Notes under the pieces: generated by a model
The model's input: the letters and a program-made list of their open reading frames with translations, nothing else
The model's database searches: none
Told to the model about the DNA's origin: nothing
In this document: in pieces, positions 51,533 to 64,000 of the stretch
Position numbering within the stretch: position 1 is the first letter of the stretch
Layout of the letters: each line of letters starts with the position of its first letter
Assembly (NCBI GenBank): GCA_043228905.1
Contig: JBHGNT010000014.1
Span: forward strand, 4,898,001-4,962,000
DNA from: Azolla caroliniana
Taxonomy: Eukaryota > Plantae > Polypodiophyta
DNA: 64,000 bases
Reading direction: 5' to 3'
Made by a program: the position numbers and the translations under genes

Positions 51533-54500
51533 TTACGTTCCGGGTTCTCCGGCTCTGTCCCGTTCGGCTATGAATGGGTTAGGTGGCGTAGGGCCCAGGT
51601 AAGGTTTGAGCTGAAACCCATTCACCTTTTGCCGTACTACTTCTTCGGCCAGCGTACCTAGTTGGAACGTGCCTTGTTCTACTCCAATTATCCAGTATGG
51701 GCCGGTCCAGCGGAATCGTAACTTCCCTGGCATATGGCTCATGCGTGTTTGGAAAACTAGCACCGCTCGACCCATGGCGAACTCCTTTTCCCTTGCGTTC
51801 CGATGTCAATCCACAAACGCTTTACGCTGTCGCTGTTCTTGCTCCAGCACTGCCATGCTGTGGACACGTTTTTCCCTTAGTTCGAGGAGTTGGTAGAGCC
51901 GTATCTCCTCCGACTTGGCTTCTGATAGTCGGTTCCGTACCTGAATTCACAAACTAGGTATCTGAAATTCGACCGGCATCACAGCCTCTAGCCCAAACGC
52001 TAGTCGAAACGGTGTTGACTGTATGCTTGTTTTGTAGCTGGTTCTGTATGCCCATAACGCACTCTGTAGTTTGGTATCCCAGTCCGTTCTATTTTCATTG
52101 ACGATTTTCTTCAAAATGGTCTGTAACGTCTTGTTGGTAGATTCTACTAATCCATTCGCCTGCGGATAATATGGCGTGCTCTTCTTATGGACTACGACGT
52201 AATGATGTGGTAGTTCCCAAACCACAGTATTGAGAAAGTGACTCCCCTAGTCACTGATGAGCTCAATCGGGCAGCCGAACTGGCACCAGATGTGCTCGTA
52301 AAGGAATCTGGCTGTGACGGCCGCCGTATTTTCACGTAGGGCCTTTGCTTCTACCCATTTGGTGCAGTAATCTATGGCTACCAATATGTATTTATTGCCC
52401 GTACGAGCCGCCGCTGGTGTGAAGGGCCCCACAAAATCCAATCCCCACTTTTGGAAGGGGTCTAGTGGTAATACGGGCTGGTGTGGCATCCTTGGGCCCT
52501 CCGCGGGCTGTCCCATCCGTTGACACAAATCACACTTTCGACAATACTCGGATGCGTCCTTCTGCGTTGTTGGCCACCATAGGCCCGCCTGTCATACTTT
52601 CCGGGCTGTAACGTCGCCCGCGTAATGGCCGCCTGCCATGCCGTAGTGTGCCTCCCGTAAAACTGCTTCCTTCTCATCCTAACATACCCCATGTCGCCAA
52701 ATGTCGTCACTTCCTTTGTGATATAAAACGCCTTCGACGAGGCAGAAGTGACGGCTTCGGATGACTAGTTGTTTCTTCTCGTCCGTGCGTAATTGTGGTG
52801 GAGGCAGTCCCGTAGTTAAAAAGTGCGTCATTTCCATAAGCCATCGGTCCGAAAAGGTCGATTCCGTTCTTTCTGCTAGTAATTGTCCGTTGAAATGTTG
52901 TCGGCGTTGTCTTTAGCCCAAATATCATGACGACTACCGCATATACTCCCCAGTCCGTAACAAATGTCGTCTTCTCCTGGTCCTTGGGATGCATGCGTAC
53001 CTGATTATAGCCACTGAAGCCATCTAAAAAACTGTATATCTCATGGCCTACAACGGCGTCCAGTATGCTATCGGTGAAGGGTAAGGGGAATGCGTCCGTG
53101 ATGGTTACGGCGTTTAATTTTCGGTAATCGACGCATACCCGTATTTTGCCGTTTTTCTTTGGGACGACCACTATCGGGCTTAACCATGTCGCTTGTTTAA
53201 CTGGTCGTATGAACCCCGCCTTCAGGAGCTTGTCGATTTCTACTTTCACGCGGGTCGCGCAGTTTGGGTTCATGTGGTAGCGGCGCGGCTGGACGGGTTT
53301 CGCGTCGGTTGCTAAATTGATCTTATGCTGATAGAACTTGGGATCTAACCCCTTCATGTCCTCGTGAGCCCAAGAGAACACATCCCTATATTCCGTGAGT
53401 AGTGCGATCATCGTGCTTCTCTGGGCCAGCCTTAATTCCTTTGCGATGGACAGGACCCGGAGCTCCGATTCCGTACCCACATTTACTTCTTCGAGAGCGG
53501 AAGCGGTGACTCGTCATGAAATCTCCATTTCCCTTTCGAATGCCGCTCGTGCTCTGCTGAGTTCCAATATGGACTCTGGGTTTTGTTCGTAAGGCTCGTC
53601 GTGAGGAACAATGGTCGTGGCATATTCTGTCGCAGTTGCGATGACGTCTATTTCAAACAGCGGAATAATCTGAGGGTGTTCGTCAAGGTATGCCTCTAAT
53701 TCTGCATCCTCCACCCCAGCCAACATATTTATATCCTCCGCATATAATGGTGTTATACCCTTGGGTTGTGGCGTGCTTCCTTCCGTAGGTACGTGAACCT
53801 TGGTGCGTCCATGCCGGAAACTTATACACTCGTGTTGCCAGCTTTGCTTGATATTTGATGTCCGAAGCCATGGTCTGCCCAGAAGCACTAGGTATGCCCC
53901 TGGGGCATCCAAAGCGAGGACGACCGCCGAGATGTCGAAGCGGTGTCCGCCCATGATAATGCTTATTTTGTGAATTAACCCCAATGGTCGTACTGAGCGG
54001 GTATCTGCCATTCGAAGCCAGAATGGGCAAGCCTCCCATTCGGAAATGCCTAACTGCTCGCAAGTTTTCGCACTAATTACATTGACACCTAAGCCGTCGT
54101 CGATTACACATCCAGGAATTTCCTATCCGTGTAATATTAACGTAATAGTCGGGTTGTGTTGATCCACCACCGGCGGTCCATCGCTAACGTCTGTCAGGTT
54201 TGTGGCGACACTTACCCCGGGTAGGCTTGTCACCCATTCTTCCATGGTCTGGCGGAAGCGTGGAACTAGCTATAGCAGTTTCTCCATGGTTAACATTATC
54301 TCACAGCCTGCTAACGCCTGCCAAATGGGGTATGGGACCGGTCTTTCGTCCTCTGTTCGCTCCATTGTGTTGGCGGACTCCTTCCGCATGCGTTCGGTAT
54401 TTGTCGCGTTTGCTTTTTCCACCCACGCTTGGGCTTGTCGGCGTATCTCGTCTTGTGCAGCCCAATCAACCGTTTTGTTTGCTGGCATGTCGTGACTTGC

Positions 54501-55990
54501 TGCACTTCCGTCGTAATCGTATTGACAGCGGGCCCCTTTCCCTTGCGTGCTGGGCATTGCGTGGCATGGTGTCCAAGTTGCTGACAAATGAAACAATGGA
54601 TGCTTGATTCACCCTTCTCGGCTCCTGGTGGTGTGTGCCGCTCCCCTGGTGCTACTTGCTCCTCGCGGTCCGGCCTTGTTTGTCGGAACGTACGTGGTGG
54701 TTGTTGTTGGTCCCGTCGTTGTTCCTGGTGCCGCTCATCTCCTGAGCTTTCGTCGTAATGCCGGTGATGTCGATATTGCTGTGGCTTACCACAATAACCG
54801 TTGAAGCCACCCCGTTTGTTTGTCGGCCGGTGATTCTCGTAGCGCCGACCTCCTTTGGCATAAGTCGGTTGTCCACGGTACTCTTCATCCTCTGGTTCGT
54901 CCTCCTCGGAATGGTTGTGATTTGGCGATTCCGGTGGTTCCGGTCATCCCGTGGGTTGCGATCCCTATACCGGGGTCGGTCTTCTTACCTCCTTGGTTCA
55001 ATCCGGTGTGGTGGACGCTGCGTGTCCATGCTGCGGACTGCGGGAGCGGCTTTGTTCAACATATTGTATTCGCATTGGTTGATTGTGTGGGCCTTCGAGT
55101 GGCAGATGGAGCAGTGGATTCACATATTGCACTCCATTGCGGAATGCCCCGAGTTCAAGCAAATTGTGCACTGGATGGCTTGACGAAACTGGCGTTCCTC
55201 ATCCTGAGGTAATGCTTGTCATAAGGAGGACATAACAAACCTTTCCTCCTCATCATCCAACTCGAGCTGTAATGCTCGTTCTATTACCATATCCGTTGTT
55301 TCCCCTTTCACGCTATTGTTGTTGAGCGTTGCCCGGATGGGCCGGCGTAAAGCTGCCAAAAATGTTTCTCGAGCCTCGTCCTCTGCGGGGCTTCGTTCCA
55401 GTTTCTGTCGTAAATTTTGGAAACGTAAGCTGAAGTCTGCCATCGTCTCGGTCGGCAGTTGCTTAATTGTGTAAAACTACCCGAGGATTTCACGTTGTGG
55501 AACCCTCCGATGGAAGAACCGTAAGAAAGCGGACTGCAGCTAATCGAAGGTTGTTATTGCTGGTAAGTCCATCTGTGAGTGCCAAAACGCTGCACGCCCA
55601 TCTAATGTTAACCCGAACTCCGTCATTTTCGATTGGTGTGCTACCGCCTCCGAAAGGCTCTGCGCCATGTGGTTCGCATTCCAGACATTCAGGAACATGC
55701 GAATATGAGTTGCGGTGTATGTTTCGCCGTTAAAGCGGGGGTAGGCAAAGGCCATGGTGGAAGCTACGGCGGGTCGGGAAAGGCCACAGGGTGGCTGTGG
55801 TGAGCGTGGTCTCTGCTTGTCGTCGAGGTGTTTGGGGAGCAACGAATCACCTTTATAATCACGGAAGGCAGTACTGAGGTCGTTGAGGCGCGACTTTTGT
55901 CGTGCGCGTTCTTCTGCCTGGCGTGTGACGGACCTTGTTATTGGCCGGTCTTGTCGTGTTGGTTCTCTGGGGCGTCTGCGGCTAAACATC
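51533..55990 (-). pseudogene. gag-pol of I (second half of RT and RNase H deleted near 52870)
   Basis: YPRFNGE gag, MADTRSVRPLG protease region, SPIVVVPKKNGKIRVCVDYRKLN..FLDGFSGYNQ RT, WGLDFVGP integrase. Confidence 0.9.
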
Positions 55991-56678
55991 CATTCATCCT
56001 TGTTCATCTTTGAGAAGACACAGATCACCAAGCGTGCCAAAAGTGTTACCGATTAGGAACACGGTCCGTGGTCAGTCCTTCGACCTGGACCTCCAAGTGG
56101 TTGTGGAACAACGAATCAGTGTCTAAGCGTAATGTGTAGTGGAAGGTTCCCTGTAACCTATCAGCGTATACGGGGAACGACTACAACCGAATCCCTACCA
56201 AGGGTTACACTTAACGCACTTGAACGCTTAGGTATTCAAGACACACACAGTAGTTTAGCCGTCGCTATACACAAGAAATCAGAGAAGATAGGATTCTATT
56301 ATCAGACGTTTCTTTACATTCCCAAAATTACATGCACTCTCTATCAGAGGTTTTTTGCCCTTTATATACACAAGGTCTATTTAGCCGTTCACGCTTCCTG
56401 TGTGAACCGTTACATGCGTTATGCTCTTATATTATTTCTTATTCCTACGCTTTTGTCCGTCGGTTACTATTCCTGCGGACAACAATCAGACCGATGATTA
56501 ACGAGTTCGCAGAGGCCTTCGCCGGAAGGTCCATATACTCAGTCGGGGACTTATACTCGGGGTATGACTAGTTCCAACTAGCCGTCGAAAGCAGGGACAT
56601 CACGATGATGCGAACCCCTCTTGGCTTAGTTCGGATGTGTACACTACCGCAAGGAGGGACCAATTCGGTGGCACACGT

Positions 56679-57559
56679 TGTCGTGAAGAATGTGCTTCAC
56701 GATATAAAAATGAGCTTAAATGTTGTATTTAATAATATTTGAGAGACTTGAACCCACATCCTTATATACGATGTACAATGTACATACCACTAGGCTAGGC
56801 TATTTATTTGTAAGAGTGTGTAATAAATGTGCTTCATGATATAAGAATGAAGCTATATATTGTATTAAGTAAAATTGAGGGACTTGAACCCTCAACCTTG
56901 TATATCAAGCACAAACCATACACCACTAAGCTAAGTTATTTGTTTTAGGGTTATATCCATCATTATACTTATCCCAATACATGGGAGCTCAAATGAGCAT
57001 GATGGCTATCATGCATCACATGCAATGCATGTGCGCCAAATGGCGATCATGCATCAGATGTAACTCATGCATGACATTACCATATGCATGGAAATACTTA
57101 TAAAAAGAGAGGAAAGGAAAACAAAAGGGAATCAATGAATCAAGAGAAAGTTAGAGAAATAAGATAATCAAAGAAACAAACAAGTTAGCTTGTTGGTGAA
57201 GAGGCTCGTGTTTCCAAGTTGGAGTCAAGAGTTCGAATCAAGGGTCGGTAGAGAAAGGGTTCATCTTGCTACCAAACATTGTAAAGTTGGTAAAATCTTG
57301 TATTCATAATATACATCATGTTCATATCATATACTTTTTTGTCTTAAATCATACTTTGTCTCTATCTTGCGTCTTGAATCATACATTGCCTCTATCTTTT
57401 ATCTATACTAGTCTCTCTCTCACACATATTACTTTAAACTATTATTCCTCATATCCTTTATCTTCCTAACATTTGCGCGCAAGCCTAATAAAAGTTCCTT
57501 CAACTCCCCTTAACCTTAGTCCCTGCGACTTCGCCGCACGAACCACAACTACCCCAACA
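56679..57559 (+). repeat. Solo LTR L, with three tRNA-like units
   Basis: TGTCGTGAAG..CCCAACA, 4-bp TSD ACGT; removal restores host SVAH|VVNAMNKVL. TATA at ~57099. Confidence 0.85.
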
Positions 57560-59910
57560 ACGTGGTGAATGCAATGAACAAAGTGTTGAGGGACTGCATC
57601 CCGGACATCACCATGCCGTTCCTGGATGACATTCCAATCAAGGGATGTCCAGAGGACGTGAAGGACGAATCAATCGGAACAAACTGATGTTGTAGGTTTG
57701 TCTTGGAACACATATCCGATTGCGAGAAGATATTGCAGAGGCTCAAGGGCGCTCGGCTTACCTTCTCCGGGGAGAAGTCATCTTTCGGACAACCGGAGAT
57801 CCTAGTGGTCAGCCACATGTGTGGTCCATATGGCCAGAAACCATCCCTAGCGAAGGTAGAAGCCATCTCGGCTATGAAGGAAGGATGTGGGTCGGTAACC
57901 GAAGTCTGATGATTCTTGGGGGCATGCGGCTTCTACCACATTTGGATTCCACACAACGCGCATATCATCAAGCCACTTTATGGCTTGCTGAAGAAAGGAC
58001 GGAAATTCAAATGGGGCGCAGAACATGTGAAGGCAGTCCGAAAACTAAAGGAGATGTTGACGGCTGCACCGGCTCTCTGGAAAGCCATATACAAGCCGAA
58101 TACTCCGGTTTACATTACAGTGGACACAAGTCCGACCAGAATCGGGTGGGTCGTAAATCAGGAAGACGAGAACGACGCACGGTTTCCCATCTGGTTCGGC
58201 GTGAAGGTGATAAGCGAGCGGCAGCGAGGATACACCCAAGTTAAATGCTTGCTATGGGGTATCGTTTCAACGGTTAAGGTCGACAATGACTATTTAATTG
58301 GGACAAACGTAATTATAGAGACAGACTGCTTACCAAATGCGCGACTCTAGACCTGGTGATGCTCAGATTGATTGCGTACATCAAGTCCCTGAATCTGGAA
58401 ATACGACATATCTCCGGGAAAGACAATGCAATGGCCGATATGCTTTCAAGAGCAAGGTTCGAAAACGAGGACGACATGGTGTTGGAAAACGAAGAGGTTG
58501 GCGTGGACTTCTTCAAGTCGGCCCGAATGACAACAAACAAGTGAAGCACTCCGCCCCTGAACAAGTTCAATGAGGACAACTACGATGGGGAGTGGCTTCT
58601 GATTGGAAGATTCCTACGAGGTGGGAAAATATGGCGGCATCCGAAGAAGCGGAATGGCACACCACTTCGGGAGGTGACGCGGGAAGAAGACCAATCGGTG
58701 TTGATGACGGAGTTCCACGAGAGTCCTTGGTCTGAACATCGAGGGACAGGAGCCACGTTCAAGAAGCTAAACGAGAAATACTAGTGGTCAGGAATGTACA
58801 AGGATGTGCACCACTTCGTGTCGATGTGCAAAAGCTACCAGATGCACTCAGTGATATGACACCTTGACAAGCTGCATCTGAGTTACCCGCCAACCATATA
58901 CTTCAAGTGGATGGTTGACTTGGTGACGATGCCAATGGGAGTAGGGCAGATGCGGTACCTAGTGCTAGCAAGGGAAGATCTGACAAACCAGGTGGAAGGT
59001 TGAGCATTGACGAACAAGACAACTGCGACCGTATGCAAGTTCCTAATAGAGGATGTCGTCTATCGATATGGGTGCAAACGGGGAGGTCGAGCGAGGGCAT
59101 GGGCCGATCGTAAAAGCTATAGTACGCGCACGCGATGGGCTCCTACCTTACGCACTGTGGGCTAACTGAACTACGCACAGTTCGGTGATCGTGTACATGC
59201 CAGTGGATCTCATGTTCGGACAAAAACCAATCATGCCGGTTGAACGAACGATCACCTCATGGATGGCAATCGATTGGACCGATGAGAATAGTCGAGAGGA
59301 GTTGCTAGTAGCAAGGATCCGACAACTCGAGCGGAGGCCTGAAGACGTTGAGCGAGCGACGATGAGAACGGAGAAGGTGCGGAAGAGAAACAAAGCCTGG
59401 TTCGACGGGACGCACCGGCTCCGGCCAAGGAAGATTGAGGAAGGTGATTGGGTGTTAATCTACGACAACAACCTCAACAACCAACACTGATCCACCCGAA
59501 AGTTCACGAAATGATGGTTCGGGCCGTACGTAGTGACCAGCGCAAACGACAACACCACATACCACCTCACGGAGCTCGACGAGACAAGGATAGCGATACC
59601 AACAGCAGGAAAGCGGCACGAAGTGGAACCAGACCCGACATTGGAGACCGCAGAGGACGAGTAAAGACTGGCCCAAAACCCTCCACTGCTTCACTACCTG
59701 GCACATGCCAACCGATGTGCGGTTTGGTGGGGGTGGATGTCGTGAAGGACTCCGACCATATGAGGAAACAAAGTTGGAACCGTGTGAACACGAGTGTGCA
59801 CAAGTGCACGTCTTTTGTACAATCATATGTAAATAACATAGTAATGATAGGGTTTGGTGATTACTAGGAAAGAAGATAGGTACTTTAGTACCACACGGAT
59901 GGAGAGGGAT

Positions 59911-60361
59911 AGAGAGTAGCAATTGGCCCGATTCGGTTTCTTGGCCTTGAAAGCAAAGCAAAGCAAAGAAAACCATTTATTAATAATAAAAACCGAACCA
60001 AACTGTTTTAAAATTTATGAAGCCATTTAAACCAAACCGTTTAGAGCCAAACCGTTAAACCAAACCGTTTAAAGAATAGGAGAAACCAAACCGTTTATGA
60101 AAAATTTAAAACCAAACCAAACCAAACCAAACCATTTTTTATTGATATTAATCATCATACTTATTATAAATTATCATAAATTTTTTCATCATACTCATCA
60201 TACTTATCATAAAAATTGTCATCATACTGATCATAAATTTGATCATCATACTTATCATAATTGGTCATCATACTTATCATAATTGAGACACTACATATAA
60301 TACATATAAAATTTAATAAATTAAAACAAGAGTTTAAAATTAAAAGTCAAAAGTTAGAGCC
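59911..60361. other. AT-rich foreign segment replacing ~290 bp of the H 3' LTR (MITE/Helitron-like remnant)
   Basis: Absent from the 5' LTR; AAACC(G/A) and ATCAT short repeats. Confidence 0.55.
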
Positions 60362-60905
60362 TATTGTGCCCGGTTGTACTCACTGCATGTTCTACGCCTA
60401 ATCGAATTTTGACTATGTGTTCTTTTCTCATCTTTTCCGTTCTATTCTGTTCTGTTCGATTCTGTGTCAGTTTGGGTCCAAGCGACATTAGGATCTTCCA
60501 AGGTCGCGTGCAAGTGGAGATAGTCAGTTGGCTCCACTTCCCTTTTTCTTCCTCTGTGTTCGACTCCTTGGTTCAAGGCCCCCATGGTCTTGCCCCATTT
60601 CTACGCATACGCGTGAAAAAGCGCGACATAGCAGCCTGATCCACACCATTGCGTAGATTAGGCTTTTGACAACTGAGGCATATGGGATCTTGATCATCTC
60701 AAATTTTTCCACTTTCGACTTCAGAAATTGGCTCCCAGACAATTTTCTATTTGTCGGTAGTGTGTAACCGACCAGCTTCACATCTTGCATGTTGAATCTC
60801 TGGAGCACCTTTGTCACGTACTTCTCTTGTGACAGTCACAACAAATTCTTTGTCCTATCCCGAACAATGTGCATTCCCAGGATCTACTTTGTCAGACCCA
60901 TATCA

Positions 60906-61654
60906 TGTTCGGATGTTGTCCTTCCTAAGGGAGAAGTCGGTTGATCAATTGGAAGAATTGGTAGTCAAGAAGTCGGGAGTCGAAGTCGGGATGATCGATC
61001 GATCATCAAGTCGACTCAACAATCAACCGACTAAAGGAATGGAGAGTCGACTGTAGCAATCAATTGTACTGGTTGGACGAACCAAGTGAGGGTTGAGGAT
61101 ACTTGATGGTCGAAGAAGTAGTCGACATGTGTGTTGACCAGTCGAGCCAATTGGACCGATTGTGTTGTCAACATGAGAGTTGACTAGTCAGGCCGACTAG
61201 ATTGTCGACTTGTGGGTCGGACAGTCGAGTCAATGAGTCGATTAACTTAACTATTATTATTATTATCATAATAATAATTGTTTCCCATACATATAAATAT
61301 GTGAAGCTAGGGAAAATGTCAGCAGTTGTAGGAAGATGTAGGAAGATAACATAACACTATTTGTAGAGAGAGTGTGTATGAGAATGAGAAAGAGTGAGCG
61401 TGAGACAATGGTGGCACAATCACTGTGGAACTTGCCAAGAACCCTAAGTGGGTACTCTCTAAGTTATAGAGAGTTTGTAATCCGCTCTTCCTCCCTTGTA
61501 TCCTCTATTCATATAGTGGAATATATGTTCCCGTGGTTTTTCCCTTGTTTTAGGGTTTCCACATAAAAGAAGTGTGTACTATGTATTTTCGTGTATTCAT
61601 TGTTTTTCTTGTTTTCGCAAGGTGCATTTCATCATATCTTTCCACAAATCTACA
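60906..61654 (+). repeat. Probable copia-type LTR O
   Basis: TG..CA ends, TATAAATA, and a CCGTGGTTTTTCCC..AGGGTTTCCAC motif also seen (inverted) in the G and J LTRs. No TSD or partner LTR. Confidence 0.55.
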
Positions 61655-61789
61655 GTCCTGTCTACTAGATATCGTTCATTGCGAATGACTTGCTCAGAGT
61701 CTTCTTCAAGCTTCCGATTTTCATCGAGTCTCGTTCGACGATCAAATGTCGATAACGTACAATAGGAGGATAAGGAAGTCTCCTTCGAT

Positions 61790-64000
61790 GCAAGAAAACT
61801 CACGTTGGATTCCCTCCTTTTGCAGATAGCTTGAGAATTGGTCGGAAAAGTACTCTTTTCCGCCATCAGTCTTGAGGCACTTGATCTTCCTTCCGGTCTC
61901 CCATTCAACAAGGCTCTTAATGTTGAGAAAATAGGAGAATAATTCACTTTTCTTCTCGATCAAGCATGCCTAGGTGTGACGAGTGTAGTCATTGATGAAG
62001 GTTACGAAGTAACAACTCCCACCGATTCTCACGTTTTGCACCCGACCCCCACACATTCAAATGGATTAAATCGAGCTTGTTATAACTTTGATTACGCTCG
62101 TTGGGGAATGGAAGTCAATGCTGCTTCCCGAGTTGACAATCTTGAGGCACTTGATTTTCCTTCCGACCTCCCATTCAACAAGGCTCTTCACCTTGAGAAA
62201 ACAGGAGAAGACTTCGCTTTTCCTCTCGATCAAGCATGCCCATGTGTGCCGAGTGTAGTCATCGATGAAGGTTACGAAGTAACGACTCCCACCGATACTC
62301 ACGTTCTACACCGACCCCCACACATCCAAATGGATTAAATTGAGCTTGTTATGGCTCCGATTATGCTTGTTGAGGAATGGAAGTCGGTGCTGCTTCCCAA
62401 GTTGACATGCTTCGTAGACTTGACTGTTTTGTCCACTAAATTTCGGCAAACCGAAAACAATGTTCTTTATCTACATTTCTCGAAGCCGCGGGAAGTTGAC
62501 GTGGCTGAATTGCTTGTGCCACAAGTCGATATCCGATTCAGCCTTCAGCCTTTTGGCGAACATTAGCGGTGCCAACATCGTTCGTTTTGAGGATAAACAT
62601 CCTCCCTTCTTGACGTCCTTGCACGATGATATTGCCTTCTTCTTCGATGAAGCACCCATGGTGAGTGAATCGAACCAGCATTCCTTGGTCAATTATCTAT
62701 CCGACTGACACCAAGTTTTTGGTGATTGACAAAACGTACAAGACGTTGTCGTGAAGATCCGTCACTACGCGCGGATCGTGAGGCGGAACCGTCGGGGTTC
62801 TGGACCAGAAAGATTTTAGAGTCGATACAAGCTTTGGCGAGAAAGTACTTAAGATAGATTGGGAAAGAGAGAAGTTGAGATTACACGATTGATTTGAAAA
62901 TGAATTTCTTCCTCTTAATTTTCATAAAAAAAAACCATCCTTTTTCTCCTCCCCCTTCCCTCTTTAATAGATGCTCTCATGCATATGATGCATGTGAGGG
63001 TACAAGACATGCATAAATTGCATGTTTGCCATTTGGCGCTTAAGTATTACATGTGGTGCATGCTAACCATGTCACTCATTTTAGCTCTCATGTATGAGAA
63101 TTTACATGTAAAAGTACAATGATAGAAATATAATTTCAACTAAATACCATGGCTTAATGGTAAGCCATTTGCCTCCTAACGTGGAGGTGCAAGGTTTGAA
63201 TCCATACTTGCCCTCCTTGTATATGTAAATATGTATATATATTTATATATTTATTTTATCTAGTCGCCGGTTCGCCGGATACCAGTGCCTCGCCGGATGT
63301 CGACGCCGTCGCCGGATACCGGTGCCGCAGTCGGATTGCCGTCGGATCACCGGCTCCATCGCCGGTCCGGTTTTGGTTGGCCAAAACCCTTTTCGAGTAG
63401 CTAGCCACCTCCACTCTAAGTTCAAGTTACCTTGAACTCTCTATGCTCCACACATAGACACAAAGATAATATCTTTTGCTCCACCTTATATATGATGAGA
63501 GCCGTATTTGTCGTGCCTATGTGGGATATCTCACAATTTTCTCTTTTCTTTTCACAAACTTTATACCCTCATATCTTGACATTTAGTTGTCCATTTCTCG
63601 TGTAATAAAGTGCATTCGAAACCTCCATCATTTTGTACTTAGATATTAAAAATGTTATCTTCACAATTATTGTATTACGTGATTCATACTCGATTTCGTA
63701 CATTTTATGGGATTTTCACACTATTGCCAAAAATCTTCACGACAACGTTCCTCATGATCCCTTTCTGGCCGACATGGCTCAATGGGACATCTCTGACATG
63801 TTCGATAGGGTGAGGAGTATCGTTGTCGGTTTCGACGACCATCGACTACTTCGACTTCTCAAGATAGGAGAACCATTCTTCATGGTTCATCATGTGGTTT
63901 GATGCGTCGGCGTCCACATACCACACCTCCTTTGATTTCGAGGTGCTCATCGCCATCGAGTTGGCTTTATGCTTCATTACAAAGGTCGGGCCCGTCCGGC
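61790..64000 (-). pseudogene. Copia P protease/integrase fragment (A-like) with an internal integrase duplication
   Basis: VWYVDADASNH, DIDLWHKQFSHVN; YFVTFIDDYTRHT..RKIKCLK occurs twice (~61850-62080 and ~62140-62350). Confidence 0.85.
62747..63744 (-). repeat. Solo LTR K, with a tRNA-like unit at 63149-63206
   Basis: 12-bp terminal inverted repeat TGTCGTGAAGAT/ATCTTCACGACA, 4-bp TSD ACGT. CATG-rich block homologous to L in the opposite orientation. Confidence 0.88.

Larger units (their letters stand above)
47254..56484 (-). mobile_element. Ty3/gypsy element I, same lineage as D but with a different LTR family
   Basis: LTRs 47254-47692 and 56044-56484, TSD gtcag/atcag, PBS TGGCACGCTTGGTG (56026-56039). 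gag-pol and the extra ORF are homologous to those of D. Confidence 0.93.
33200..60628 (+). mobile_element. Ty3/gypsy element H (tRNA-Trp primed, basal non-chromovirus type) hosting F, E2, M, N, I, G2 and L
   Basis: LTRs 33200-33921 and 59738-60628 (TGTCGTGAAGG..GCGCGACA), PPT GGTGGGGGTGGA. Gag MMVDVDCL|VKAREG..KIGRFNGKDVT, protease ALIDHGSKINL, RT LPQGGTNSVAH..PFLDDIPIKG, RH YITVDTSP, INT remnants. No TSD found. Confidence 0.85.

Noticed and set aside
56741-57240. Genuine tRNA genes
   Set aside because: No acceptor stem or canonical anticodon loop, and all lie inside LTRs. Reported as tRNA-like units instead.

Overview
This window is gene-free plant heterochromatin, made almost entirely of nested, mostly decayed LTR retrotransposons. 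The protein families resemble those of non-seed land plants (fern, lycophyte or bryophyte), which is an inference. About 20 insertions can be resolved from LTR pairs, TG..CA ends, PBS/PPT sites and target-site duplications (TSDs). Ty1/copia: A (929-6859, -), B (896-7620, -), C (7757-25748, +), F (34019-42851, +), J and P fragments. Chromodomain Ty3/gypsy: X and Y (-). A tRNA-Trp-primed gypsy H (33200-60628, +) comes with related solo LTRs that have 4-bp TSDs. An Athila/Tat-like gypsy group comprises D (9165-18778, +), I (47254-56484, -) and the non-coding partners E and E2. Three observations stand out. (1) All four D/E/E2/I elements lack a polypurine tract and instead carry a copy of a tRNA-Arg 3' end (a second, inverted PBS) just upstream of the 3' LTR, suggesting tRNA-primed plus-strand synthesis. 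(2) LTRs from two different gypsy lineages carry tRNA-like Pol III A/B-box units antisense in U3. (3) D and E appear to have integrated as one heterodimer sharing a single TSD. No host genes, rRNA, intact tRNA genes or CRISPR arrays were found.
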